From positions 103,780 through 167,779 of the forward strand of contig CAYMED010000001.1 in assembly GCA_964389655.1 (NCBI GenBank): 64,000 nt of DNA, read 5' to 3'. Within the stretch, counting starts at the first letter, position 1. Each line of letters begins with the position of its first letter. The position numbers and the translations under genes are program-made. Below, piece by piece: positions 1 through 10,500 of the stretch. The stretch comes from an uncultured Candidatus Poseidoniales archaeon. Lineage in GTDB: Archaea > Thermoplasmatota > Poseidoniia > Poseidoniales > CAYMED01. The notes beneath the pieces were generated by a model that did no database searches, had not been told where the DNA came from, and saw only the letters and a program-made list of their open reading frames with translations.

Positions 1-1
1 C

Positions 2-292
2 CTGCTTGTCATAGTAGTAGTTTTACTGATTACAAGCCGTCGCAAGGGGTATGACCTTGATGAAGAAGTCACTGATGATAGTGAATATGGGATGCCGCAA
101 TATTCCGATCAAGCATCAGCAGGAACTTATGGAGATGCATCAGGATATGAGCAGGCTTGGCAACAGCAGCAAGGGTATGGACAACAGCAGCAAGGCTATG
201 GACAACAAGGATATGATCAACATCAAGGTTATGGTCAGCAACAGGGATATGGCCAACAACAAGGTGATTGGACTGGTTATGACCAATCCTGA
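2..292 (+). CDS. 3' end of a membrane-anchored protein (TM helix, RRK, acidic linker, QQGYG-repeat tail); partial
   Basis: Frame of ORF 92..292 is open back to position 2: LLVIVVVLLITSRRKGYDLDEEVTDDSEYG-MPQY...; stop TGA at 290-292. Confidence 0.75.
   Translation: MLVIVVVLLITSRRKGYDLDEEVTDDSEYGMPQYSDQASAGTYGDASGYEQAWQQQQGYGQQQQGYGQQGYDQHQGYGQQQGYGQQQGDWTGYDQS
161..265 (+). repeat. Imperfect coding tandem repeat, (Q)QQGY[G/D] about 5 times
   Basis: caa/cag-ggN-tat-ggN units translating to QQQQGYGQQQQGYGQQGYDQHQGYGQQQGYGQQQG. Confidence 0.7.
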
Positions 293-303
293 GGCGCTCT
301 CTA

Positions 304-1110
304 ATGATTGATGTTAGTAGACTTGAATGGCGGCCGATTCGATGGAAAGATCCCAATGGGGGTTTTCTCCAACTTATACCCTATATCCCTGCTTTGGGAC
401 CTTTACCCACATTCAAACGATCTAAGCGGAATTATCCTTTGGCTCTTCTTCTCCCATCTGAAGAAATAGAAACTTGGAATGAGGACGCTCGGCTTGAGCG
501 ATCAAGCCCCGGTGCATCAGCAATAGAAGCCATTACATCAGGTGGCTCATTCGGCGACTTCATCACAACTCTTTCGGATTTATCGGGGATTGATGGTCCG
601 AGATTTCCAGATCCAGTACCATATGGGCTTCTCCGAAGAATTAGGAAAAAGCAGGTTTTCTTCATAGAACCCGATGTATCAGATGATGATTGGATGAAAT
701 GGATTGAATCCTCTATTGATTATGGAACACGCATGCTCCGTCTTCTCAGCATGGTCTTTCGTTCGCGTAAGCAACAACGTGCCATGCGTCGTTACTCAAA
801 ATCAATCGACCTTCCAGAGCACGTAGATGGTCAATGGAATCTCGCCTCAGCAGCTGCATGCGCATGGTGGCAGGTATGTGAATCAGTGATCGGTCCATCT
901 CTTGCTTTAGCACGAGACCGACGTTTTGCCTCGCGGCTCCGTGGGGCTGTTGAAATGCTAAGGATGAGGGACTGGGTTGATGAGGGGGACTCGTCTAACA
1001 TGATCTTGGAAGTGCCAATACATCAACCCTGGCTTCCGTCCATCCACTCAGCGCTAAATGAAAACCCCAAACCTGAATTATTTGATCGGCTGAAAGAGGA
1101 AGAAGAATGA
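304..1110 (+). CDS. Hypothetical protein
   Basis: 268-aa ORF, ATGA overlap with next gene; no motif recognised. Confidence 0.7.
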   Translation: MIDVSRLEWRPIRWKDPNGGFLQLIPYIPALGPLPTFKRSKRNYPLALLLPSEEIETWNEDARLERSSPGASAIEAITSGGSFGDFITTLSDLSGIDGPRFPDPVPYGLLRRIRKKQVFFIEPDVSDDDWMKWIESSIDYGTRMLRLLSMVFRSRKQQRAMRRYSKSIDLPEHVDGQWNLASAAACAWWQVCESVIGPSLALARDRRFASRLRGAVEMLRMRDWVDEGDSSNMILEVPIHQPWLPSIHSALNENPKPELFDRLKEEEE

Positions 1111-1637
1111 CGTCCATACCATATTCAATTGAATCGCAGACATTTCGGTTTATTCCTGGGCGTCCATTGGTTATGCCTAAGGTATGTGATTTCCTTGGAA
1201 TATCTCCCTCTGGATCTGTTGTAATTCACCATGATGGTGACCTGGGCATCACTTTCATCGTAGACGTGATGGGCCGCCTTGTCGTCCATGGTACTGCTTC
1301 AATCGAAGTTGCACGTACAGCAGCAGCATCATTTGTTCTTGGAATGGATGAGGATGAAGAAGGGATGGTGGCAGAGGTTGGTCCAATAGTCGCAAGTGCA
1401 ACGCTCACTGGTCCAATTGACCTTGATCGCTTAGCGATCCGTTGGCGAGGGGAGTGTGAATTGGATGATCGTCTAGATTGCTTACGCCTGCAAGAACCTC
1501 GTCATGATATCGACGTATTTATCTGGGAAGATGGGCGCTTAATCCTCTCAGATGCAATGTCGCCGTCTGTTGTTGAGGATGTGCTCCGCCAAGTAGATCG
1601 GAGAATCAATGAGATCGGGGCTAGAAAATCTACGTGA
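1107..1637 (+). CDS. Divergent TATA-binding-protein (TBP)-fold protein
   Basis: 176 aa with two TBP-like repeats: FIVDVMGRLVVHGTASIEVARTAA and PIVASATLTGPIDLDRLA...VFIWEDGRLILSDAMS. Confidence 0.6.
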   Translation: MTSIPYSIESQTFRFIPGRPLVMPKVCDFLGISPSGSVVIHHDGDLGITFIVDVMGRLVVHGTASIEVARTAAASFVLGMDEDEEGMVAEVGPIVASATLTGPIDLDRLAIRWRGECELDDRLDCLRLQEPRHDIDVFIWEDGRLILSDAMSPSVVEDVLRQVDRRINEIGARKST

Positions 1638-1647
1638 GGACATATCG

Positions 1648-2532
1648 ATGTTGCATAATGGGCGATGGAATGGCCCGATATTGGACAATCATATACACCT
1701 TCGAGAAGATGGTCTAGGGATTTCTGCAGCAAAGTTATTTGAAAAAAGTGGTGGGACTGATATTGTTCTCGTCCATGTCCCAAACTTCAGTAAATTACCC
1801 GAAACCCGATCGGATATAGATGATGCATATCAAAAAACGCTGAATATGGCAGAACAAGTTCGCAGCCAGACATCACTGCGAGTCCGAGTCATCTTGGGCC
1901 CTCATCCTGCCACTTTTGTACATCAAGCCGAGTCATGGGTGCAGGAAGGTGCGAATGGAATTGAACGTGCAAAGGAAGTATATTGGGAGAGCATTGATGC
2001 AGCACTTCAGCACTGTCAAAATGGGCGTGCAGTCGGCCTTGGCGAAGTCGGCCGTCCGCACTGGGATGTTACAGCAGAGATTGCAGAAGTTAGTAATGAA
2101 CTCCTTTCAGAGACAATGTCCCTTGCGGCGAAAGAATCACTTCCACTCCAGTTACATGTCGAAGCAGGAGGAGCAGATGTGTATCATGATTTAGGTGCTA
2201 TTGCAGACAAGGCGGGGCTTAAGAGGGATCTTTTGATACGACACCATGCACCTCCAGATATATCTGAAGTGACTCTTGATGGACTAATACCTAGTGTCAT
2301 TTTAGGTAAAAATACACTACCTGTTCTTCTTGATCAACTTCATGCAAACAAACGTGGTTTCATGCTTGAGACAGATTATTTGGATGATCCACAAAGACCT
2401 GGTGCTGTACTAGGTCCGCGTACGCTTGTTAAGAGAACTCAGGCAATCGCCGCAGACCCGAGAGTTGATGACGAATTACTTCATCGTATTCATGTCGGTC
2501 TTCCTGAAGAAGTCTATGGGCCATATGACTGA
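1648..2532 (+). CDS. TatD-related metal-dependent hydrolase/DNase
   Basis: DNHIH, GPHP, GLGEVGRPHW, LQLHVE, ETDYLDD motifs; ATG 1648 follows GAGGA. Confidence 0.85.
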   Translation: MLHNGRWNGPILDNHIHLREDGLGISAAKLFEKSGGTDIVLVHVPNFSKLPETRSDIDDAYQKTLNMAEQVRSQTSLRVRVILGPHPATFVHQAESWVQEGANGIERAKEVYWESIDAALQHCQNGRAVGLGEVGRPHWDVTAEIAEVSNELLSETMSLAAKESLPLQLHVEAGGADVYHDLGAIADKAGLKRDLLIRHHAPPDISEVTLDGLIPSVILGKNTLPVLLDQLHANKRGFMLETDYLDDPQRPGAVLGPRTLVKRTQAIAADPRVDDELLHRIHVGLPEEVYGPYD

Positions 2533-2587
2533 CTTGGTGTGCAATTGCAGTCGTCAAACCTATCACATACCTGCTTCTCGGAAACTC

Positions 2588-3622
2588 GTGCGCCGTAGTT
2601 TGCTCTTCACGTTCCTGCTCGTGTTTTGCCTTCTTCCTATGCCCGCACAAGGTCAATTACAGCCTACTGTAGAGGTTGTATGTGAGCCGTCTACTGTACA
2701 ATTCATTGGTCGTTCATCAAAAACAATCAGTTGCATTGTCCACAATACTTCGCAATGGACTGAAGAGGTTGAAATTAGTTATGAGATTTCAGATGTATTT
2801 TCGGCGATATCGAGTGAGAAAATAACAATTGAAGCAGATGAGGAGTACCCAATAAACACGTTACTAAACCCATCAGATGTTCCATCTGGTGAATATGTGT
2901 TCAAGATTTCAGCAGAAGTTACTGACATTTTAATTGGATCAGTACTGATTCCAATCAACCAAACCACGACCCCTGTAGAAGATGATGTTACACTTGTAGT
3001 TCCTCTTACCCCTGTGTTTACCGCAGCAGGTGAAAGTGGTAGAACCCGTATTCCTCTCAATGAAGGTGCAACGCAAAATTATACCATAAATGTCCAAAAT
3101 CAGGCACCAGATGGGGACACATTCCGGATCAAAATAGTAGATGTGGAATCCCATGTCGAAGCGGGAATAATCATCAGAATGGCAAATAAAGGTGGGGAAA
3201 TGGATGATGTGAATGAAATTGAGATGTTTCTTGAGCCTGATGCCTCGGGTACGGCCATAATTCATCTCGAGGCCCCAAAGATATCTGTGGACGAGGAACG
3301 AACAATTCGAATTGAAATAACTAGTATGACAGATGAGTCAGGTCAGTCGGGTGAGCAGCAACCATTGCCCAAAGTAGTTGAGTTCCGCGTGGATATGATA
3401 CGTCCAGAAGGGGTTGGTTTTTCTTCAATTACTGGTGAGGACGGCTCTATTGCTGCAATAAGCATGATTGCAGCAGGAGCTGTCATAGGCGTATCAATTC
3501 TGCTTTTCATCATCGTAAAAATATCAAGCCGTGGCCGACGACGCACAGCAATCAGTAGTGCTGATTTGGAGGACTTGGAGGATGAGTTCTATGACCTTGA
3601 GTCTGAACTTGGGATGCTCTGA
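2588..3622 (+). CDS. Secreted, C-terminally anchored beta-rich surface protein
   Basis: Signal peptide from GTG 2588 (RRSLLFTFLLVFCLLPMPAQG), Ig-like beta strands, C-terminal TM then RGRRR and acidic tail; start uncertain (2525 or 2588). Confidence 0.7.
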   Translation: MRRSLLFTFLLVFCLLPMPAQGQLQPTVEVVCEPSTVQFIGRSSKTISCIVHNTSQWTEEVEISYEISDVFSAISSEKITIEADEEYPINTLLNPSDVPSGEYVFKISAEVTDILIGSVLIPINQTTTPVEDDVTLVVPLTPVFTAAGESGRTRIPLNEGATQNYTINVQNQAPDGDTFRIKIVDVESHVEAGIIIRMANKGGEMDDVNEIEMFLEPDASGTAIIHLEAPKISVDEERTIRIEITSMTDESGQSGEQQPLPKVVEFRVDMIRPEGVGFSSITGEDGSIAAISMIAAGAVIGVSILLFIIVKISSRGRRRTAISSADLEDLEDEFYDLESELGML

Positions 3623-3718
3623 GTTGCACTGCTACGAAAGTGCGAGGTGTGTGTTGGGGGCAAGCATCATACAGGGGATGCCGGAAAGCAGGTATGTCCA
3701 AGGAAAGGTGGTGTAAAT

Positions 3719-4510
3719 ATGCAACTCAGTGGAAAGACTGCACTGGTTTTTGGAGTTGCTAGTGAAGACAGTATTGCTTGGGCTATTTGCCAACACCTTT
3801 CCGCTGCAGGGTGCAAATTGGTACTTGGATTCCAACCCAGATTCCGTTCAAGAATCTGGGCGTTGAAGGATAAACTAAATTCAATTGTTGGTTTATATCC
3901 TCTTGATGTCGCTACTGACACAGATACTGCAAAATTTTTCTCTGCTTGGCAAGATGAATCACCCGATGCAAAAGCAGATATCCTCGTTCATGCAATTGGC
4001 TTTGCCCCCCGTGAATGCTTTGACCGCCCTCTTCTTTTTGTGAATGAAGAGCCCCTTAATATCGGTATGACAATCTCTGCTCATTCACTCCAAAGATCGC
4101 TTAAGCATGCTCTTCCGCATTTGAATCCTGGGTCTTCGACGATCACTTTGACGTATGCGGCCTCAACCCGGTATGTTCCAAATTATGCTGCAATGGCAGT
4201 GAACAAAGCAGCACTTGAAGCATGGGTGCGTGAATTGGCAGCAAGGTTGGGCCCAGAAGGCCATCGAGTGAATGCGATATCTTCAGGTCCAATACGCACA
4301 ATCGCAGCTAGTGGTGTTCCTGGATTTGATAACATTCTTGCGCATGTTGAGCGGAATGCGCCGCTGCGTCGAAACGTGGACCAGAATGATGTGGCTGGTT
4401 GTGCAGTTTGGCTTGCTTCTCCCTTTTCTAGTGCTGTAACTGGCCAAATTATTCACGTAGATGCGGGATATTCCATTACCATGGTCCCTGAAAGCATCAT
4501 GGAGGATTGA
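3719..4510 (+). CDS. fabI: Enoyl-ACP reductase (FabI-type SDR)
   Basis: GVASEDSIAWAI, LVHAIGFAP, PNYAAMAVNKAALE (YxxxxxxK), NAISSGPIRT, TGQIIHVDAG. Confidence 0.92.
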   Translation: MQLSGKTALVFGVASEDSIAWAICQHLSAAGCKLVLGFQPRFRSRIWALKDKLNSIVGLYPLDVATDTDTAKFFSAWQDESPDAKADILVHAIGFAPRECFDRPLLFVNEEPLNIGMTISAHSLQRSLKHALPHLNPGSSTITLTYAASTRYVPNYAAMAVNKAALEAWVRELAARLGPEGHRVNAISSGPIRTIAASGVPGFDNILAHVERNAPLRRNVDQNDVAGCAVWLASPFSSAVTGQIIHVDAGYSITMVPESIMED

Positions 4511-7500
4511 TCATGAACCCAGACCTTGGGCTAAATCAGGGCCCCTTTGAACCTATAGCAATAATTGGCATGTCCTGCCTTTTTCCAGATGCATCGACAT
4601 TAACTGATTATTGGTCAAATTTATTGAGTGGTAGGACAAGTATCCAAGCCTTGCCTCCGGAGAGGTGGTCGGTTGAAGACCACTGGACCGAAGGAGGTCC
4701 TGGAAATGTGCCTGAAGGTCGAACTTATGCAAAAATAGGCGCTTTTGTCAATGAATTCGAATTCAACTGGCGTCGCTGGAGAGTCCCCCCTGCAACCTTA
4801 GGCCAGATTGACCCGTGTCAGCAATGGGCGGTTGAAACAGCAGCAGCGGCGTTAGAAGATGCGGGGTTATTCGGGGAAAATATTCGCCGTCCATTACCCG
4901 GTGCCCGCACTGGTGTGGTTTTTGCCAATGCTCTTGGAGGCGAGAATCGAAACCTCTCTAATTTGCGTGTATGGGGCGACCGGATTACTCGAATCGCCCA
5001 AGAAAAAGGCCTTGCCAAAGAGCATGCTCAATCATTGTTGGAAGCCATTACGGCCGAATCTCCCCGCGTGGATGAACAAACAATGCCGGGGGAATTAGCT
5101 AATGTTGTTGCTGGTCGAGTAGCAAATTTACTTGATCTTCAAGGTCCGAACCACACAACTGACGCTGCATGTGCTACGACAATGGCGGCATTGCTAGACG
5201 CTGCTAGAATGCTACAATCTCGTCAGGTGGATTTGATGGTTTGTGGGGCAAGCGACCGCACAATGGACCCTGCAACTTTTGCCAAATTTTCTGCAATTGG
5301 TGCTCTCTCAGCGACACATAGCCGTCCTTTCGATGCATCAGCTAATGGCTTTGTCATGGGGGAGGGGGCAGGCTGCCTTGTTCTTGCACGCCTTGATGAT
5401 GCGATTGCTCACGGGGATCGCATTCATGCTGTAATAAGGGGCATTGGCGCTTCTAGCGATGGGAGGGGTAAAGGAATAACTGCACCGAGCATTCGAGGAC
5501 AGCAACAAGCAATCTTGCGAGCATATCAACAAGCAGGATTCAGTCCTAAATCTGTTGATTTAGTTGAGGCACATGGAACTTCAACTAGCGTAGGGGATGC
5601 AACTGAATTGGGAGTACTATCCCAAATATTTGGAGACGGGGGGAGAACTCATCCCGTAGCCGTTGGTTCCGTGAAGTCTAATATTGGCCATTTGAAAGCA
5701 GCCGCTGGAATGGCGGGAATAATCAAAGCAGTCTTGTCAATTGAGAACCAAATAATTCCTCCTAGTTGTGGCTTTGAAAACCCCAATTCCACAATTGATT
5801 GGGACACAATCCCATTATGCGTCCCCACAACTTCAGAGAACTGGCAAAGGTCACTGGAAGATTTACCGAGAAGAGCACAAGTCTCTGCCTTTGGTTTTGG
5901 AGGTACTAATTGGGTTGCTCTTGTAGAAGAATGGACAACTGGATATCATCATGATTTATCTGAGAAATGGCAAGCACGATGGAATGCTGGGGAAGCAGCA
6001 TTTCAGGGGGATACTCAAGTCCCCAAGATGATCACCTTACCGCCTAGCGTTCTTGATCCATCTTGCACACCGACCCTAACACATGAAGAGTTACTAACGC
6101 TTGAAGGTGGCGTTCTTCTTTTGACTGGCCCCGATCCCAAGTCTCTAGCCATTAGGTTGTCTGAAGTGTCTGAGAATTTGCTCAATGGGGGGCCAATTTT
6201 TGATGACGACCCTACCGGCCGTCGCCTCTCAATTGAATTAGCCAAAGCAAGCGATTGGGACCTTGCTTCAAATGTTAGAATGGCGCTAATTGCCACATCA
6301 TGGGAGGAATTTCGCAGCAAAACCAGTTTGGCGATAACTGCGGTTGAGGACCGAGAAAAATGGAGTTTTCTTGATGCCCGTTTAATCCACATATCTGATA
6401 GCCCAGTTGATCCCCACGATCGTGTAGTTCACCAATATCCCGGGCAGGGCTCTCAATGGGTTGGAATGACCAAGCGCCTCAGTCAGCGATATTCAGGGGC
6501 GGCAGATGTATGGCTAGAAGCAGACAAGACCATGGTTGACATCCTTGGTGGAGAGACAATCTCATCTTTCGTCCTACGCACTGACCTTGCCGAATCTGAA
6601 CTCGCAGAAGCTGAAGCAAAATTGAAGCGAACAGAATACACACAGCCAGCAATGCTAACTGCAGATCTGGCCATTGATCGTGTTTTCGAGGACCATGGCC
6701 TAGTTCCTGACATGGTTGCAGGGCATTCGCTTGGCGAATATGGGGCACTGATGCGTAGTGGGATTATGGATATGCACGATGCTTTGCGCGCAGCGGCAGC
6801 TCGTGGGACCAAAATGGGCTCTGTAGACGTGCCTGATGAGGGACTAATGGCTAGTGTAACTGCTCCAATCGATTCGATAAGAGAGGTATTAGAATCAACA
6901 TCAGGATATGTTATTGCAGCAAATGAGAATTCCCCAATGATGACTGTAATTGCAGGTGAGACAAAACCCATGCGTAAGGCAATAGCAACGTTTGAATCGC
7001 TAGGTGCTCCGGTTGCCGTGCTACAGACATCTCATGCTTTCCACTCTAAAATTGTCGAACCGGCTTCAGGCCCCCTGAAAGAATTTCTTAAAGGATTGGA
7101 CCTTCAAATGCCGTCAATCCCCATAACCTCAAATTTCAATGGTGGATTTTATCCTCAAGATATATCGGGATATGATGGTCCCCAGAGTGCAATTTTGCCC
7201 CAGTTAGCACCCCAGATGGCATCTCCTGTAAAATGGACAAGTCAAATTGAAGCAATGTATACTGCTGGTGCCCGGATATTCGTAGAAGTGGGCCCCAAGC
7301 GTGCTCTCACAATGTTTGCTTCACAAACACTAGCTGATCGCCCTCATCTTGCTATCATGTCAAATCACCCAAAAATAGGTGACCTTGCGTCTTTCCTCTC
7401 CGCTTGGGGACGTCTTGCACTCGCAGGTCGCCCAGCCAGTTGGCCTGATCCGGATTCCTCAATTCTATCTGAGGCATTCCGTGCAGGACCCATTGGGTGG

Positions 7501-10500
7501 GATTCTGTACCTACAGTTCCCTCCATGATTCCTGTAGAAGAAACCCCCCAAATTGAAACCAGTAAGTCATCTAAGTTGTCTCCAAACAACAAAAGTGAAT
7601 GGGTCGCTAGTGTCTTGTCAATTGGTAGTGGTTATCCGGCATCGATGTGTATAGGGAATGCCAACCTTCGACATGACTTAGGGATGTCACATGAATCAAT
7701 CAATTTATGCTTCCAAAAAATATCTACATTAGTTGAAGTTGATGCAAGGCGTGATCCCTCCCTGTTTGAAACAGCCAATGAAGTGATTGAATGGGTTACC
7801 GGGCCAGTTCCTTCTCTAAAATCGGAGAATAAAACGCCCTTGCCGCAACATTCTCTAGAATTTCAAAAATCAGATTTTTCTTCTTCGGCAGCTCAAACCG
7901 GCCCTTATGATGCTAGAATTTTGGATCCATATGTTGTATCTGGAGTCAGTTTAGGTTTGCCCGGGCTAGATGATGTCTTTGATCCCGATGCGATCGAAAA
8001 AATAGTTGGTGGGATGAATTTGATCAGTGAACTCCCTCCAAGCATGAAAGATGCAATTCTCGACAAAAGAATCGTCCGTCTTGTCAAAGGTGAAGGTGGC
8101 GAGGGTCGTTTTGTTGAAGCATCAGGGTATGATGATATTCCTCAATTAGCAGGGATGGCCGGCCGGTTTGATCTTTCAGATTGGGGTGTTGATCAGAAAA
8201 TGATTGATACTTTTGATATCTCAACACGCCTTGCCATTGCAGCAGGATATGAAGCAGTCAGGGATGCGGGCATCCCTCTTGTTCCAGTTGAACAAATAGG
8301 CCGTGGGGGAAAGCGCCTTGTTCGCCGTTGGATATTACCTAAGTCATATGGCGACCGAACAGGGGTGATCTTTGCCTCTTGCTTCCCCGGACTTCAACAA
8401 GCCCTAGATCATGCGGCAACAAATGGAGATGATGGAGAAGGTCGCTTTGATCGAAGATATCTCTTCCAAGTGCTGACAATGGGTCATAGCCAATTTGCTC
8501 AACTAATTGGTGCACGCGGTGCAAATGCGCATACCAATAATGCTTGTGCATCTGGTGCATCTGCTTTCGCAATCGCTGAAGACTGGCTTGCGACTGAGCG
8601 ATGTGATCGCGTGATTATCATTACCGCGGACGAAGTGACTCATCCGACTCTCATGCCGTGGATCGGTTCTGGTTTTGCTTCGTCAGGTGCGGCAGCAACA
8701 GGACGTAATGTCAAGGAAGTCGCTCTTCCTTTTGATGTGCGACGTAATGGCTTAGTTTTGGGAATGGGAGCAGCTGCATTTGTTCTTGAGCGAAAATCGA
8801 GTGCAGATCATAGAGGGGTTAGTCCCTATGTGGAATTGCTTGGTGCAGAAATCTCTAATTCAGCATTCCATGGAACACGTCTTGATGTGGAGCATGTAGC
8901 AGACAATTTTGACCATTTCGTTTCACGTATGGAGTCTCGCTGGAATCTTGACCGACATGGGATTGCTTCCCGTACCGTCTTCATGTCTCATGAAACCTAC
9001 ACGCCTAAAAAAGGTGGATCTGCAGATGCTGAGATCCAAGCCTTGCGCAGAACATTTGGTGAAAGTGCTAGCAATATACTCATAGCAAACACAAAAGGAT
9101 TCACTGGACATCCCCAAGCACCAGATATCGAAAATGCAGTTGCAGTATATGGGCTTGTAGCTGGGCGCTTTCCTCCAGTAGCAAATCTCAAAGAAAGGGA
9201 CCCTGATCTTGGCCAATTACGACTTAGTGAAGGCGGCTCGGTTGAAGCAGACTATGCTATACGATTTGCCGCAGGATTCGGAAGTCAAATTGCAATTACG
9301 ATGTTTCGGAGATTGGCAAATGACCTTGATCGCATTGATCGTCAAAAATTGCTGGAATGGGTGAAAAAATCGACTGGGGCAACTGATGTTGATCTCAGAA
9401 TCCTTGATCGCAGACTTGTTGCTTTCATAGATGCTGATGAAAACCTAATTGGGTTTAATGCAGGAACTACTTGGCAGAAAGACCTTGGAAAAAGTCCCGT
9501 GCCAGACGAACCTGCGGACTCACCGAAGTTACCGCACGACAAAATTGATGCTTCCCTTCCAATAGTTGAGCCAACATTTGATTCAAGATCTCCATCACTG
9601 TCAAAGTCGAAAGTGCAGGATGTATTGCTGAATATCGTTGTTGAAGCAACGGGCTATCCTGCCGAGTTTATCGAATTTGACCAAGACCTTGAGGGATCAT
9701 TAGGTATTGACACTGTCCGGCAAGCGGAGATATTAGCAGCCGCTCGGCAAGAACTATCTCTTCCTGAAGATCCAGATTTTAGCCTATCTCAAACCCCAAC
9801 GTTGGACTCCATCATAGATTATGCCATGATGATGCTGGGAGACTCTCCTATTTCGGCTCCCACAATGGATGATGTTGAATCTAAACAGCTGGGTGATACA
9901 GAAGACCTTCCCTTTCAGAATCAAATAAATGATTTGGAGCATTTATCTTCTCCTTTCGATGGAGGTATTGGCGATGAAGAAATACGTGCAATATTACTGG
10001 AAATTGTTGTTGAAGCAACGGGTTATCCTGAGGAATTTATCGAATGGGATCAAGATCTCGAGGGATCACTTGGGATTGATACAGTCCGTCAAGCAGAGAT
10101 TCTTGCGGCAGCGCGCGAAAAACTTTCACTACCCGATGACCCTGAATTTAGTCTCGCCCAAACACCCACATTAGATGCAATTGTATCTTATGCTGTTCAA
10201 ATGCTGGTTAGTGATAATCCAAATGAAACTCAAGAATCTCCTTCAACAGAGATATCTAGTGGGCCACAGGTTTCAGTTCTCAATGAGGTTCCAGATTGGT
10301 CAACAAAAGCACCAGATAATGTTATTTCTGAGAAAACAACTGAAAATCGCACATTGATTCGAGATACGCTTCTTAATATCGTAATTGATGTAACTGGTTA
10401 TCCCGAAGAATTCATTGAATGGGATGCAGACCTTGAAGGATCCCTCGGGATTGATACTGTGCGTCAAGCAGAGATACTTGGGGCTGCAAGAGCACAACTT

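Noticed and set aside
161-265. Short repeats as a CRISPR array
   Set aside because: They are in-frame, degenerate coding repeats with no spacers and no cas genes
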